64,000 nucleotides of DNA, from contig CM126218.1 in NCBI GenBank assembly GCA_052327205.1, positions 69,812,001 to 69,876,000 of the forward strand, given 5' to 3'. Source of the DNA: Somniosus microcephalus (Eukaryota). Made by a program: the position numbers and the translations under genes. The notes under the pieces were generated by a model, which worked only from the letters and a program-made list of their open reading frames with translations, was not told the origin of the DNA and searched no databases. Positions 51,828-64,000 of this stretch are shown here, piece by piece. The stretch's first letter is position 1; every line of letters starts with the position of its first letter.

Positions 51828-52183
51828 GATCACATAATCACAGAAATCTCACAGTGCAGATAGAGGCCATTTCGGCCCATCGAGCCTGCACCGACACATC
51901 CCACCCGATCCCCGTAACCCCTACACCAACACATATCCCACCCTATCCCTGTAACCCCACGTATTTAATCCCCCTAACACTAAGGGTCAATTTTATCATA
52001 GCCAATCAACCTAACCCGCACATCTTTGGACTGTGGGAGGAAACCAGAGTACCCGGAGGAAACCCACGCAAACACGGGGAGAATGTCTGTGTAGAGTTTG
52101 CACAGTCACCCGAGGCCGGATTTGAACCCGGGTCCCTGGCGCTGTGAGGCAACAGTGCTAACCACTATGCCACCGTGCTGCCC
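51828..52183 (-). mobile_element. HE1-type (V-SINE) elasmobranch SINE
   Basis: - strand head gggcagcacggtggcatagtggttagcactg, B box gggttcaaatcc, V-domain-like core, CR1-like tail. Confidence 0.88.
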
Positions 52184-52859
52184 TTGATGTCAGTGGTGTG
52201 TTCTGTTTCCCAACAATGTTCTTTTAGGCGATTCATTTGCTGACATTCATTGGCAGGCTGCAGCTAAATCTGTGTCCTCAACTATAACCGAGCTTCAGGC
52301 AACCAAGAGAATCATTTTATAACCACTTCCCACATTAAAATATCAGGAGTTCTGATGGAAATCATCAACATTTCAGATTTTATGTGCAGTTTCAAAAAAG
52401 AAAAAGGCCACAAAGATTCAGTGCGTTTGATGGTGTTTGTACTTCAGAATGATGGGGTGTTGGCACCAACCACTGCTCCCCGTACAATTTTCAACAGCCC
52501 ATCGTGTTACTTTACCACAGCAGTTAAAATAGACATTTTAATTCCTGCAAGTTGGAGGAAATGTGACCGATGCAAACAAATTAAGCAGCAAATTTGGTTT
52601 TGTTTTCAGTATGTTCAACGTCTAAAACATTGTTCTGAATTGTATGTTGATGTTTGTCTGTGTTGTACAGTTTTTTTCCCTTTAGTTGCTAAGTTAGTTC
52701 TAAAAATAATATACGCTCCCACAGACACACAAAATTGAGCTGAGATGATGGTATTTTGGTAAATGCATGAACTCTAGAGTTAATGGGATGGATCCTTGCT
52801 TACATTCAATTCAACCCAACAGTGTGCTTAAAATGTGTCCGGTGATGTTTAAATCAGGA

Positions 52860-54260
52860 ATCACATTATCAGGACAACAGCACAGTTCAATATCGAAACA
52901 TGCAAATGACACAAAAGTGGGAAGCATGGTTAACTGTGAAGCTGACGGTAAACAGCTTCAGTAGGGCACAAACAGATTAGTAGATTAGGCAGAAAGATCG
53001 TGGATAAAATTTGATGCAGAGAAATATGAGGTGGGAGAATATTTTAGGAAGGAGAATAAGGAGAGCAAATATACACTGAATAGTAAAACTTTAAAAGGAG
53101 CAGAGAAAGTTCGGGGCACAAGCAAAATACTACAGATGCTGGAAATCCAAAACAACAAAGTGCTGGAAACATTCAGCAGGTCAGGCAGCACCTGTGGAGA
53201 GGACAGAGGAGTTGACGTTTCAGATGTTGATTTAGGGGAGCATGTTTCAAGGCTGCAATTTAAGATAATGCAGAGACTGGGATATGGTACAGGCTGTAGC
53301 ACAGGATAATGCAGAGACTGGGATATGGTACAGGCTGTAGCACAGGATAATGCAGAGACTGGGATATGGTACAGGCTGTAGCACAGGATAATGCAGACTG
53401 GGATATAGTACAGGCTGTAGCACAGGATAATGCAGAGACTGGGATATAGTACAGGCTGCAGCACAGGATAATGCAGAGACTGGGATATGGTACAGGCTGT
53501 AGCACAGGATAATGCAGACTGGGATATAGTACAGGCTGTAGCACAGGATAATGCAGAGACTGGGATATGGTACAGGCTGCAGCACAGGATAATGCAGACT
53601 GGGATATAGTACAGGCTGTAGCACAGGATAATGCAGAGACTGGGATATGGTACAGGCTGTAGCACAGGATAATGCAGAGACTGGGATATGGTACAGGCTG
53701 TAGCACAGGATAATGCAGAGACTGGGATATGGTACAGGCTGTAGCACAGGATAATGCAGAGAGTGGGATATGGTACAGGCTGTAGCACAGGATAATGCAG
53801 AGACTGGGATATGGTACAGGCTGCAGCACATAAAGCATTCAAGAGGACATAATGTAAGCAGAAGTTCAGTGGTCATTTTAAAAGTATAGATTTTTAAAAG
53901 TGGGAGGATAAGTTGATCGGGCTGTAAATACAGCATGTGTAATCCTAGGTTTTATAAATAGGGGTATAGAATACAAAGGTAATGCTAAACCTAACATCAT
54001 TGGTTAGGCTACAGTTAGAATATTGTGTCCAGTTTGGGCACCTTACTTTAGGAAGGATGTCTGGTCCATGGACAGGGTGCAAAAGTGCTTCACAAAGATG
54101 GTACCAGGGATGCAAGGCTTTAGTTATAAGGAGAGGCCAGAGAAACTGGGGCTCTTTTCATTAGAGAGAGGAGTTCTGATAAAGATGTTCAAAATATAAT
54201 GCAGGATAAGCTATTTTCACTGGTCGGTAAGTTGGTGACTAGAAAGCATAAATTTAAGAG
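52860..54260 (+). mobile_element. Old CR1 fragment hosting a Penelope-type terminal piece (about 53120-53225) and a minisatellite
   Basis: SKHANDTKV, YTLNSKTLKG, LVRLQLEYCVQF; cagatgctggaaat...gcaggtcaggcagca resembles the end of the PLE at 15400. Confidence 0.72.
53264..53830. repeat. Minisatellite, 14 copies of a 41-bp unit (three 39-bp variants)
   Basis: Unit gataatgcagagactgggatatggtacaggctgtagcacag, counted directly. Confidence 0.97.
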
Positions 54261-54808
54261 CTTATTGGGATGGAGTGCCCTACCAGAAGCATTCGGGGGG
54301 AGAAACCGAATCCACACCAGTACATAGTTAAAGAATGAACATGAAGTTGTCCGCTAATGTGAATACAGCACTGGGCCTCGTAAGGTAAAAGTAGCAAAAC
54401 AAGTGATGTCCTGTAACTTTTGTGTTTTGTGATGAAAGAGAATACGCTGGCTTTGAAGAAAATCTCCACTCAAAACTGTATCCTTCCAGTGCAGCTGTAA
54501 AGCTGTGAAGTTTGGTTCCTGTTTAGCTGGGTGTAGAGAGATATGGATTTGACACTGAGATTGGATGAAGATTAACATCTTGTTTCTGGTCCAAAGGGTG
54601 CGCTACATGGGCCTTTTAATGATCCAACTTTAGCATCCTAATGGAACTGTTTACCAACAGTATAAAGAAACCTGCCAATAGTGGCCTTGCAGCATGGAGT
54701 TTTTCTTTGTGTGAACCTAGAAACCATCAAAATGGTTGCAACATCTAGTTTGATCAGCAAGGACTACCTACAGTGGTCCTGATTGGGAAATTATGTAATG
54801 ATGACTAA

Positions 54809-54952
<144 letters not shown>

Positions 54953-56781
54953 TAAGGACCTAGAATTAGAACAGCTGAGTATATTTGTATATATTTGGCA
55001 ATGGAGACATACAGGGAAATGTAGGAATTTAAAACTTAGAAACCGGCTACGGAACATACAAAGTTATCCGGGTTAATTTGCTTACTCCTGACTGGGATAA
55101 TCCTGCTTTTGATTTCTTCAATACAACATGCACACAATGCATTCTGTCATGGTGAAGTCACTTTAGTCCACGTCTGTGCACGTCTGTAATATAGACGACA
55201 GCTGGTGTTAACCTGACACCAAGGACTTGAATAGCAGTCACTGCAAATAGTGTCTTTAGCAGTTACATGATTGGAGACAATTGTGTTCCTGTTGGAGAGG
55301 CTGGCAGATTGAGGTGAATTTGTCCTAGTATTTAATTACAACTGATTGAATAGTTCAAAGCTGTGATTAGCCCAAATATAACCTCGATTGACACGTGTTT
55401 GAAGGATATCTTGATGCTGTACTGGGTTCTCTCTGCAGGTCCTGAATAAGAATGCACAATAATTTTTGGCATTTAAATCTCTTAGGGTGTAGTTTAAACC
55501 ATTTGAATGTTGCCTTTTTAAATAGAGGACTGGCCTAATTCTTCAATCTAGTCTTTCACCAGTTTGACCTTTTAGTGAGTTCTCTTAGATTTAATACGAG
55601 ATTCCAGGGGCGCCAAATCTTGGAAATGAGGTACATGGAAATTGAACAATGTGGTCCGAAACATTTAACTCCTTCAGATGTTGCGGCCCGGGTCCTCGCC
55701 CACATCACCCCTGGTTCTTGCTGAGCTCCACTGATTCCCTGTATCCCAGTGAATTGACATCAAGTGTCTCGGCTTCACTATGAAATTCTTCCATGCCCTT
55801 GTCCCACCCTATTTCAGTAGTGATCTCCAGCCATATTTCCCCATGCACACCTTTCACACATCCAACACTGGATTTCTCCTTGTTCCCTCCTCACCATCGG
55901 TTGCCAATCTTTCAGCCACTATACCCCTGACCTCCTGAACTTCATCTCTAGTTCCCTTCTCCTTGTCCCCTTCCTCCCTGCCTTGACCGCCTCCTTAAAA
56001 ACTCTCATATTCAGCCTCGCCAGTTAAATTTTCTGTTTTCCCTCCTGATCGGCATCCACTGTTTTCCTCCAACCTTTAAAGTACGTTGAAATGTCGTATT
56101 GTGCACAAGGAGTGCTATATGTAGAAATGTAAGCTGTCTTCTCTCGAGTGTGGTAACTCTACTGAGATACGGTCCCTCTGGTGTATCACACAAGTGATCA
56201 TTCGTGATGGTTAAGCCTAGGGTGTCAACTGGTTGGGGGTCAGGTCGGAGGTCAGTTAGAGGTCTAAGTCCCAATTGCTGGCTAGTGATCCTTGCCGTTA
56301 AGCGAGGACAGGATCATGCAGCTGTGATGTTCCCCATAGTTGAATGCCAACACTCTAGCCTCGTGAAAAATGGCCATTTGGATGAGGCATCAGAGCACTT
56401 ATCAGTGCCTGTTGAATCATATCCTAGCATGAGTTATCAATATCAGATGAGAAATAAGCCATGGCATCTGCTGACACAGCATGTCGATATACCAGTGCGC
56501 TGTATTGTGATGTGATAGGACTCTGCTACATAGCCCCAATTCTCCATACAGCAACTAATTTAATCTATATCAATTGGACAATCAACAACAATGTGGAGGA
56601 GAAATTGGCATGAGAGAAAGTCTAGGCAGCCTTTGTGCCCCTTCTAACACCAGCTACTGAGTGACCTGGTTAGAGGTGCAGAGTAGTACACCTGCATCTC
56701 GTGCTCCCACTACACACAAAACCCTCATCTGGCTCACGGTTTAGTCTCCTCTCCTTTCCCTGCTGTACACCACTCCTCTGA

Positions 56782-57060
<279 letters not shown>

Positions 57061-57574
57061 TAATAATCACATTTAATGTTGATACAGGTTCAATATAACA
57101 AGCAGAAGTTTCTTTTTAACAAGTTGGAATTAGTTAACCACTCACTGATTAAAGTTTACATTTGCTGGCTTGATTTCTTTTTTAATGCTTTAATCCTGGT
57201 TAGGATTGGATGGTTAAGATGAAGAAAATTTTAAAGTTTCTTTAGAAGAAGCTTTAAATATTTATTTATAGAAATCTTTCCAATTTTAGCTCCTCTGTAA
57301 AACCGGAATATCAGCCTACGGCTGTAGTGAATTTCACAGGTTCAACATGAAACAAGGAGAGCTTACCAAAGTTTTACCTGTACTGTTCCCTATTCCACTG
57401 CTGAAATAACCAGAAGGTGCCCAAGAACAATCCATGTGTTACATCTCACTACTGAGTCATCCAGGACTCTGCCTTCTGACCAGTCAGTCGCAACATCCAA
57501 AACACATACACAATGTAAAGCATTTACAACTCCATAACGATATCTTGATAAACCACCAAACTTGTGAGCTTTAA

Positions 57575-57896
<322 letters not shown>

Positions 57897-57939
57897 ATTT
57901 CAGTTAATGATGAAATATTCCCAAAGCTGTAAGATGTGG

Positions 57940-59300
57940 AACATAGAGAAATAGGAGCAGGAGTAGGCCACATAGAGCCATAACGGCACAGAAGGAGGCC
58001 ATTCAGCCCATCGAGTCTGTGCCGACTCTCTGTAGAGCAATCCAGTCAGTCCCATTCCCCCGCTCTATCCCCGTAGCCCTGCAAGTTTATTTCCCTCAAG
58101 TGCCTATCCAGTCTCCCCTTGAAAACATCGACTGTCTCCGCTTCCACCACTTCCGTCGGCAGCGAGTTCCAGGTCCTCACCACTCACTGCGTAAAAAAGT
58201 TTGTTCTCTCATCCCCCCTGTGTCTCTTGCCCAAAACCTTAAATCTGTGTCCCCTAGTCCTTGTACCATCAACTAGTGGGAACAGCCTTTCCCTGTCTAG
58301 CCTATCCAAACCAGTCATAATCTTGTACACCTCTATCAAATCACCCCACAACCTCCTTTGTTCTAATGGAAACAAATCCAGCTTCTCCAATCTGTCATTG
58401 TAGCTAAGATCCCCCATCCCCGGAACCATTCTGGTAAATCTCCTCTGCACCCTCAAGGGCCTTCACATCCTTCCTGAAGTGTGGTGACCAGAACTGGATG
58501 CAGTACTCCAGTTGTGGCCTAACCAGCGCTTTATAAAGGTTCAGCATAACTTTTGTACTCAATACCTCTATTTATGAAGCCCAAGATCCCATATGCTTTG
58601 CTAACCACTCTCTCAGTATGTCCTGCCACCTTCAGGGACCTATGCACATTAATTCCCAGGTCCCTCTATCCCTGCACACTCTTTAAAACTGTGCCATTAA
58701 GTGTATACTGCCTCTCCCTGTTCCTTCTGCCAAAATGCATCACCTCACACTTCTCTGTATTAAATTCCATCTGCCACTTGTCTGCCCATTCTGCTAGCCT
58801 TTCTATGTCCTGTTGCAGTCGATTGGTATCATCATGACTGTTTGCCACACCCCCAAGTTTAGTGTCATTGGCAAATTTAGAAATTCTACTCTATTCCAAT
58901 ATCCAGATCATTTATATCAAAAATCAGTGGCCCCAGTACTGACCCTTGGGGAACACTACGGTCTACCATCCTCCAGTCTGAAAAACAGCCATTTACCACA
59001 ACTCGCTGTTTTCTGTCCTTAAGCCAATTTCTTATCCAAGCTGCCACTGGCCCCCTATTCCATGAGCCTCAATTTTGTTAACCAGCCTTCTTTGTGGTAC
59101 TTGGTCAAACACCTTCCGAAAATCCATGTAGACAACATCCCTTGCATTCCCTTCATCAATCCTCTCTGTTACTTCATCAAAAAATTCAATTGGATTAGTC
59201 AAACACGATCTGCCTTTTACAAATCAACATTGGCTCTCCTTGATTAGCTTAAAACTCTCCAAGCCCCTGTTAATTTTTTCCTTGATTATTGTTGCTTATC
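57940..59300 (-). mobile_element. CR1 LINE 3' part
   Basis: LQQDIERLAEWADKWQMEFNTEKCEVMHFG, VQRRFTRMVPG, TRTRGHRFKV on the - strand. Confidence 0.9.
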
Positions 59301-59493
59301 TTTCCACAATTACTCCCCCACCCTCCAGTCAAAGGTGCCTTTGACTCCTGATGGGTAGTTTCATGGATATCCGCATTCTTCTGGCATATCAAGTGCTTGT
59401 TTAGTTTAAATACCCTGAGCTGGTGAGGATGGAACCTCCCAACAGACCAATATTTCCAGAGAGAAGAGCTTATATGTATTGCTGCCTCAGTAA

Positions 59494-59631
<138 letters not shown>

Positions 59632-60134
59632 TAAGCAAACTGTCGAGTTCACCATTTGTTTATACAATTTGTAAAAACCTGTCCAACCATTTTTCTGTGC
59701 CAACTCTGGATGTTATCTTATTACAAGTTGGAATCTGAATCATTAACTTATGTTTTGCTCTAATGTGATACTGTTTCATGTCCCCTAATACTGGTGACGA
59801 TTCTTGGGTGGTGGGCCAGTGGGGAGGAAATCTGCCTATTCCTCCTCAAAAGATGACTGAGGGAGCTCGTTGTGGCTGTAATGGGTAGTCTGTACATTCT
59901 TCCTGGGATGGATGATGATGGGTGGGCAGAATGGCCTCCTTCATCTGTACCTATCTTGTGATACAAAATCATGCTTTTAGGCAACATGATCTGTTTATGA
60001 AAATGGAGAAATTAATAGAAGTAACCTCACTGCGGTTGAACCTTGGCTCCCAAGATGTTCCTGTGCTCGATCTTGTTTCAGGGGAAAGTATTTGCAGCTG
60101 AGTAACCCGGTGCCCCACTTTGCTTTTTATCTAG

Positions 60135-60230
<96 letters not shown>

Positions 60231-61763
60231 TGATTTACAACATGAATTGTTAAGATGGGAATCGAGGCATGCACTGCGTTTTATTCTCCTTAGTGGATGA
60301 CACGGGTGCACTGAACGCCTTCACCAAATAAATTAATTCGAACACTGATTCAAGAGGCATTTATCGCTATTATTACAGATTTTTAAAAAGATGGCAAATT
60401 CCCAGATTCGTATTTTTTGAAACTAGTTATGTTTTTTAAAGCAAGTGTTGCATAATCGGTTTGTAAATTGTAGTCTGTACCATTCACCAGAACAGAGAGA
60501 CTCTGACCTCTGTTTACCATCCTGTGCAGTGAGTTTGATTGTGTCTGCATGAAGTGTAGTCTGTAGGGGTTGCTGGCTTGCCTAGGTTTGGGTCAACAAG
60601 CTTTCTGGCAGCAATGACAGCTCTGCTGAACAAATCAACCAGAGCCCCGACTGTAAAACCCATTAGATCCTATTTGGCTGATCAGTTTGTTTAAATTTAT
60701 ACTTGTTGTGGGATGGCGCAGCATTATTCACGGTATGATGCTTGATGCATACTGTGTGGTTGCCAGACCTTATTGTGCTAAGAAGGCACAAAATAGCTGT
60801 TGTGCCAATGGCACAGTTAGTAGATGCACTGTCCATTGTGGCATTAAGCTATCCGGGCCATATGTTCAGTCAACAATCTGTGCTACGTTAGCTGATCTCC
60901 GCTGGGATGGCACTAGCGATTCTACAACTGGCTTCGGTGCCCCTGAGCTAGAGAAAAGAAACCTCAGCAAGTATTTCCACTCCTGATCGTTTTCGAGTAA
61001 ACCCCTGCTTGAAAATTGCACTCTGAGGGTAGGATGTGGCTTGGCTATAATCGCTTCCACTGTCAAATATCCTACCAGCACTCACCGTCTGTGCTCGTAT
61101 GTGAAGAACAGCTACTGGGTTGAGGCCTTAAGGGGGCGGCCGGCAACTGTACCCCAGCATGAGTTGGTATCTTCAGTAGTGGCTAGGGGAAGAAGACATG
61201 AAATAAGAATTTTCCCTTCTACGTTTCATTTAATTTCGCAGTACTTTATGCAACACTTGTGTTGTGGGCTGTTTATTGTAGGTGGGGAAAATATTGATTG
61301 TTGAAACTAGTTAAGTATTTACTTCAGACACAGGATATTGCAGTCATAGCTCTGAGTTCTTATTTTTCAGGCTAAACAGTTAAGGGCTTCCTGAGTGTAA
61401 CTGTGATATGTGTTTTGTGCCAATGGCTAAATAATGAAAGGTCCTTTGCCCCAGACTACATAAGGAAGGACTCTTTCAGTGTTGTCGATAACAGCAGTGT
61501 AGCAGGAAGAGCTGCTAGAAACCACAAGTCTAATTCCTGTGGCTGTGAGCTGGCAGTTGGATGAAAGCTTCTGCTCCAGGTGCTGACTCTTGCTAAAGTA
61601 CAATTCTGTAGGCAATGGCAGCCCGCTAGTACCTCACCCATTCTTTGTGTGAGGCTAGGTGATGAACAGGCTATTTGATCATGGGAGGAGGGGGGGGGAA
61701 GGGATTGTAGCTGAGCGCAATCCTGTCCTTGCCCTATGTCAACAAACACACTTGTCTAAATAG

Positions 61764-62063
<300 letters not shown>

Positions 62064-62465
62064 TGACCTGGCACAGCAGTCCTAGGGATTGAATCCAAAA
62101 ATTCCACAGCTTTCAGTGACTTGTATATTAAAATATAATCTGATGAAAGAGAATCAAGAAAAAGAGAACTCCGTATAACCAAGAAATAATTTGTTTGTGA
62201 AATCTCTACATCTCTAATTTATTGGCCCCAAGAAAAAAATAATCCCCTTTTAGTTCTCTGTACATTGCGCCCCAGGTGGGAAAGTGGGGAGGGGGCCTGG
62301 TCACCTGCTTCTGCTGTTCTGTAACTGCCCATTGAGCAAGAGCAGACTCAGATGGATTATTTTACTTTTATTTATTCATCCTTATTTGGAAACTGCTTGA
62401 CCTCACTTGACACATGCGGGCGACACCAGAGACACGGTTAATATCAGGAGCTTGTCCTCTGGTGA

Positions 62466-62822
<357 letters not shown>

Positions 62823-63600
62823 TAAGAGGCAAAAAAAGACTGTTAAAACTACAATTTTTGGAGTATGGCACGTTCAACTGTTGATAGGTGGCAGACTTGA
62901 ATTTAAGGGCAAGGGTTTGTCTGGAAATTCTGACTAGAACTGCGGTTGAAACAAGTTGAGAGAAGCTGAAAATGCACAACATCTGGAAGAGGAAAAAAGA
63001 GTTAAGTTTCAGACCTGATGCTGGATCCCAGCCAAAGTGTAATCTTTTTTGGAGATGATCATGCTGTGCATTTCCTGATTATAAATTATATCCACAATGG
63101 CTTCACAATTTGTTGATATTTTTGCATTTATCAAGGTCTAAAATGGATTATCTTTGCACCTGAGCCAGCATCAAACACTATGGCCAGATAGATAGCACAG
63201 TTTAGATCAAGAGTTAAGCTCCCTCTACACTATAAAGCACTACCTGGTCAGACACAGCATGGGTCTTGCATACAGAGTACGTCTCCTGCAGTGCCCCAGC
63301 AAGCACCTCCAGGTTAAACACAGTTTGAGTAAGGTGCGGAGGAAAGCTACTTTTAGACTGCCCGATGCAGTGATCTGAAATCCAGTATAGCTACACCATT
63401 GCAACTGGAGAAAATGAAGAGGAAGAATGGGGAAAGGAAAGATTCAGTCTAACTCCAGAAGATCTGCAAAGAATCAATGATGCCTAAATGTGGGGTGAAG
63501 AACTTTGTGTAGGACTGACTCCTCTCTCCCACATTGCAGTAAGGGCAGCAACTGAGTGAAGCATTGCTGATACATTGTCTATTTTGTTCATTTGTCCTAG

Positions 63601-63607
63601 GTATTAA
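63601..63607 (+). CDS. AHCYL2: AHCYL2 terminal exon 17, coding part (R-Y-stop)
   Basis: tttgtcctag|G TAT TAA completes CG|G TAT TAA, giving ...NYYRY*, the family C-terminus. Exons 2-17 sum to 1473 nt = 490 aa + stop. Confidence 0.9.
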
Positions 63608-64000
63608 ATGCAAAACCGTAAGAGCAACAAAGAGGAGGAGCCTTTCATCACTACTGTACAGGATCAATACCTCCGATTTACAGCTGGCCTTGATTAAGTA
63701 GTTTTAGGTATTTAGTCATTTATTTATTTAAATAGAATGTGTATAATCCCAGCAGACGGTTTTTACCGCACTAGAAGATGAAAAAGGTGTTTCCGTTTAA
63801 TGTGATTTTTTTTTTCTTCTATTGTTGTAGTGTTCTAAAATAAATAATTAGCAACATCCTAGCTGTTAACTGCGGAAAAGAAACGATGGAAAGAAGAATC
63901 AAACCGTCGGCTGTTTTAAAAGTTTTAAGGTGCACATATTCCAGTCTTTTTTTTGGTTTTTTTTTTAATTTGTATTTTGTTGAGTGAAAAGGTAAGGTAA
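63608..64000 (+). other. AHCYL2: AHCYL2 3' UTR (partial) with AU-rich element
   Basis: Follows the stop codon; atttatttattta (three overlapping AUUUA) at 63718-63730; U-rich tracts. Confidence 0.75.

Noticed and set aside
52100-52183. tRNA gene (also at about 9120 and 42720)
   Set aside because: A/B boxes belong to SINE heads followed by SINE bodies; no complete cloverleaf seen.
52985-53936. Long repetitive ORFs (285, 229, 192 aa) on the - strand
   Set aside because: They are translations of the stop-free strand of the 41-bp minisatellite.
63988-64000. Donor-like AAG|GTAAGG in the 3' UTR
   Set aside because: At the window edge with no acceptor visible; cannot be evaluated.

Overview
Eukaryotic genomic DNA from a cartilaginous fish, most likely a shark (HE1-type SINE, shark-type CR1 LINEs, Deu-domain SINEs); no prokaryotic system or CRISPR array is present. 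The window lies inside one + strand gene, AHCYL2 (Long-IRBIT). Coding exons 2-17 (24201-63607) assemble by hand with GT-AG junctions and consistent phases into 490 aa plus stop. The long exon 1 is not seen and presumably lies upstream. Introns hold a full-length but frameshifted Ty3/Gypsy LTR element (37865-42185, -), a young 5'-truncated RTEX-like LINE with an open 632-aa RT frame, Penelope, CR1 and L2 fragments, SINEs, MITEs and a 41-bp minisatellite. Main leads: (1) several short phase-0 alternative first exons in intron 1 that, with a NAGNAG acceptor, would switch the PP1-docking motif; (2) a frame-preserving 9/30-nt microexon inside the IRBIT serine phospho-relay; (3) the Gypsy element has no tRNA PBS but a 13-bp self-complement covering its own 5'-LTR poly(A) signal, plus a YLDN RT motif; (4) a two-copy MITE made of hairpins with compensatory changes; (5) a triplicated exon-12 splice donor. 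Comparisons with human proteins and repeat family names are from memory and need database checks; repeat boundaries are approximate unless a TSD or TIR is given.
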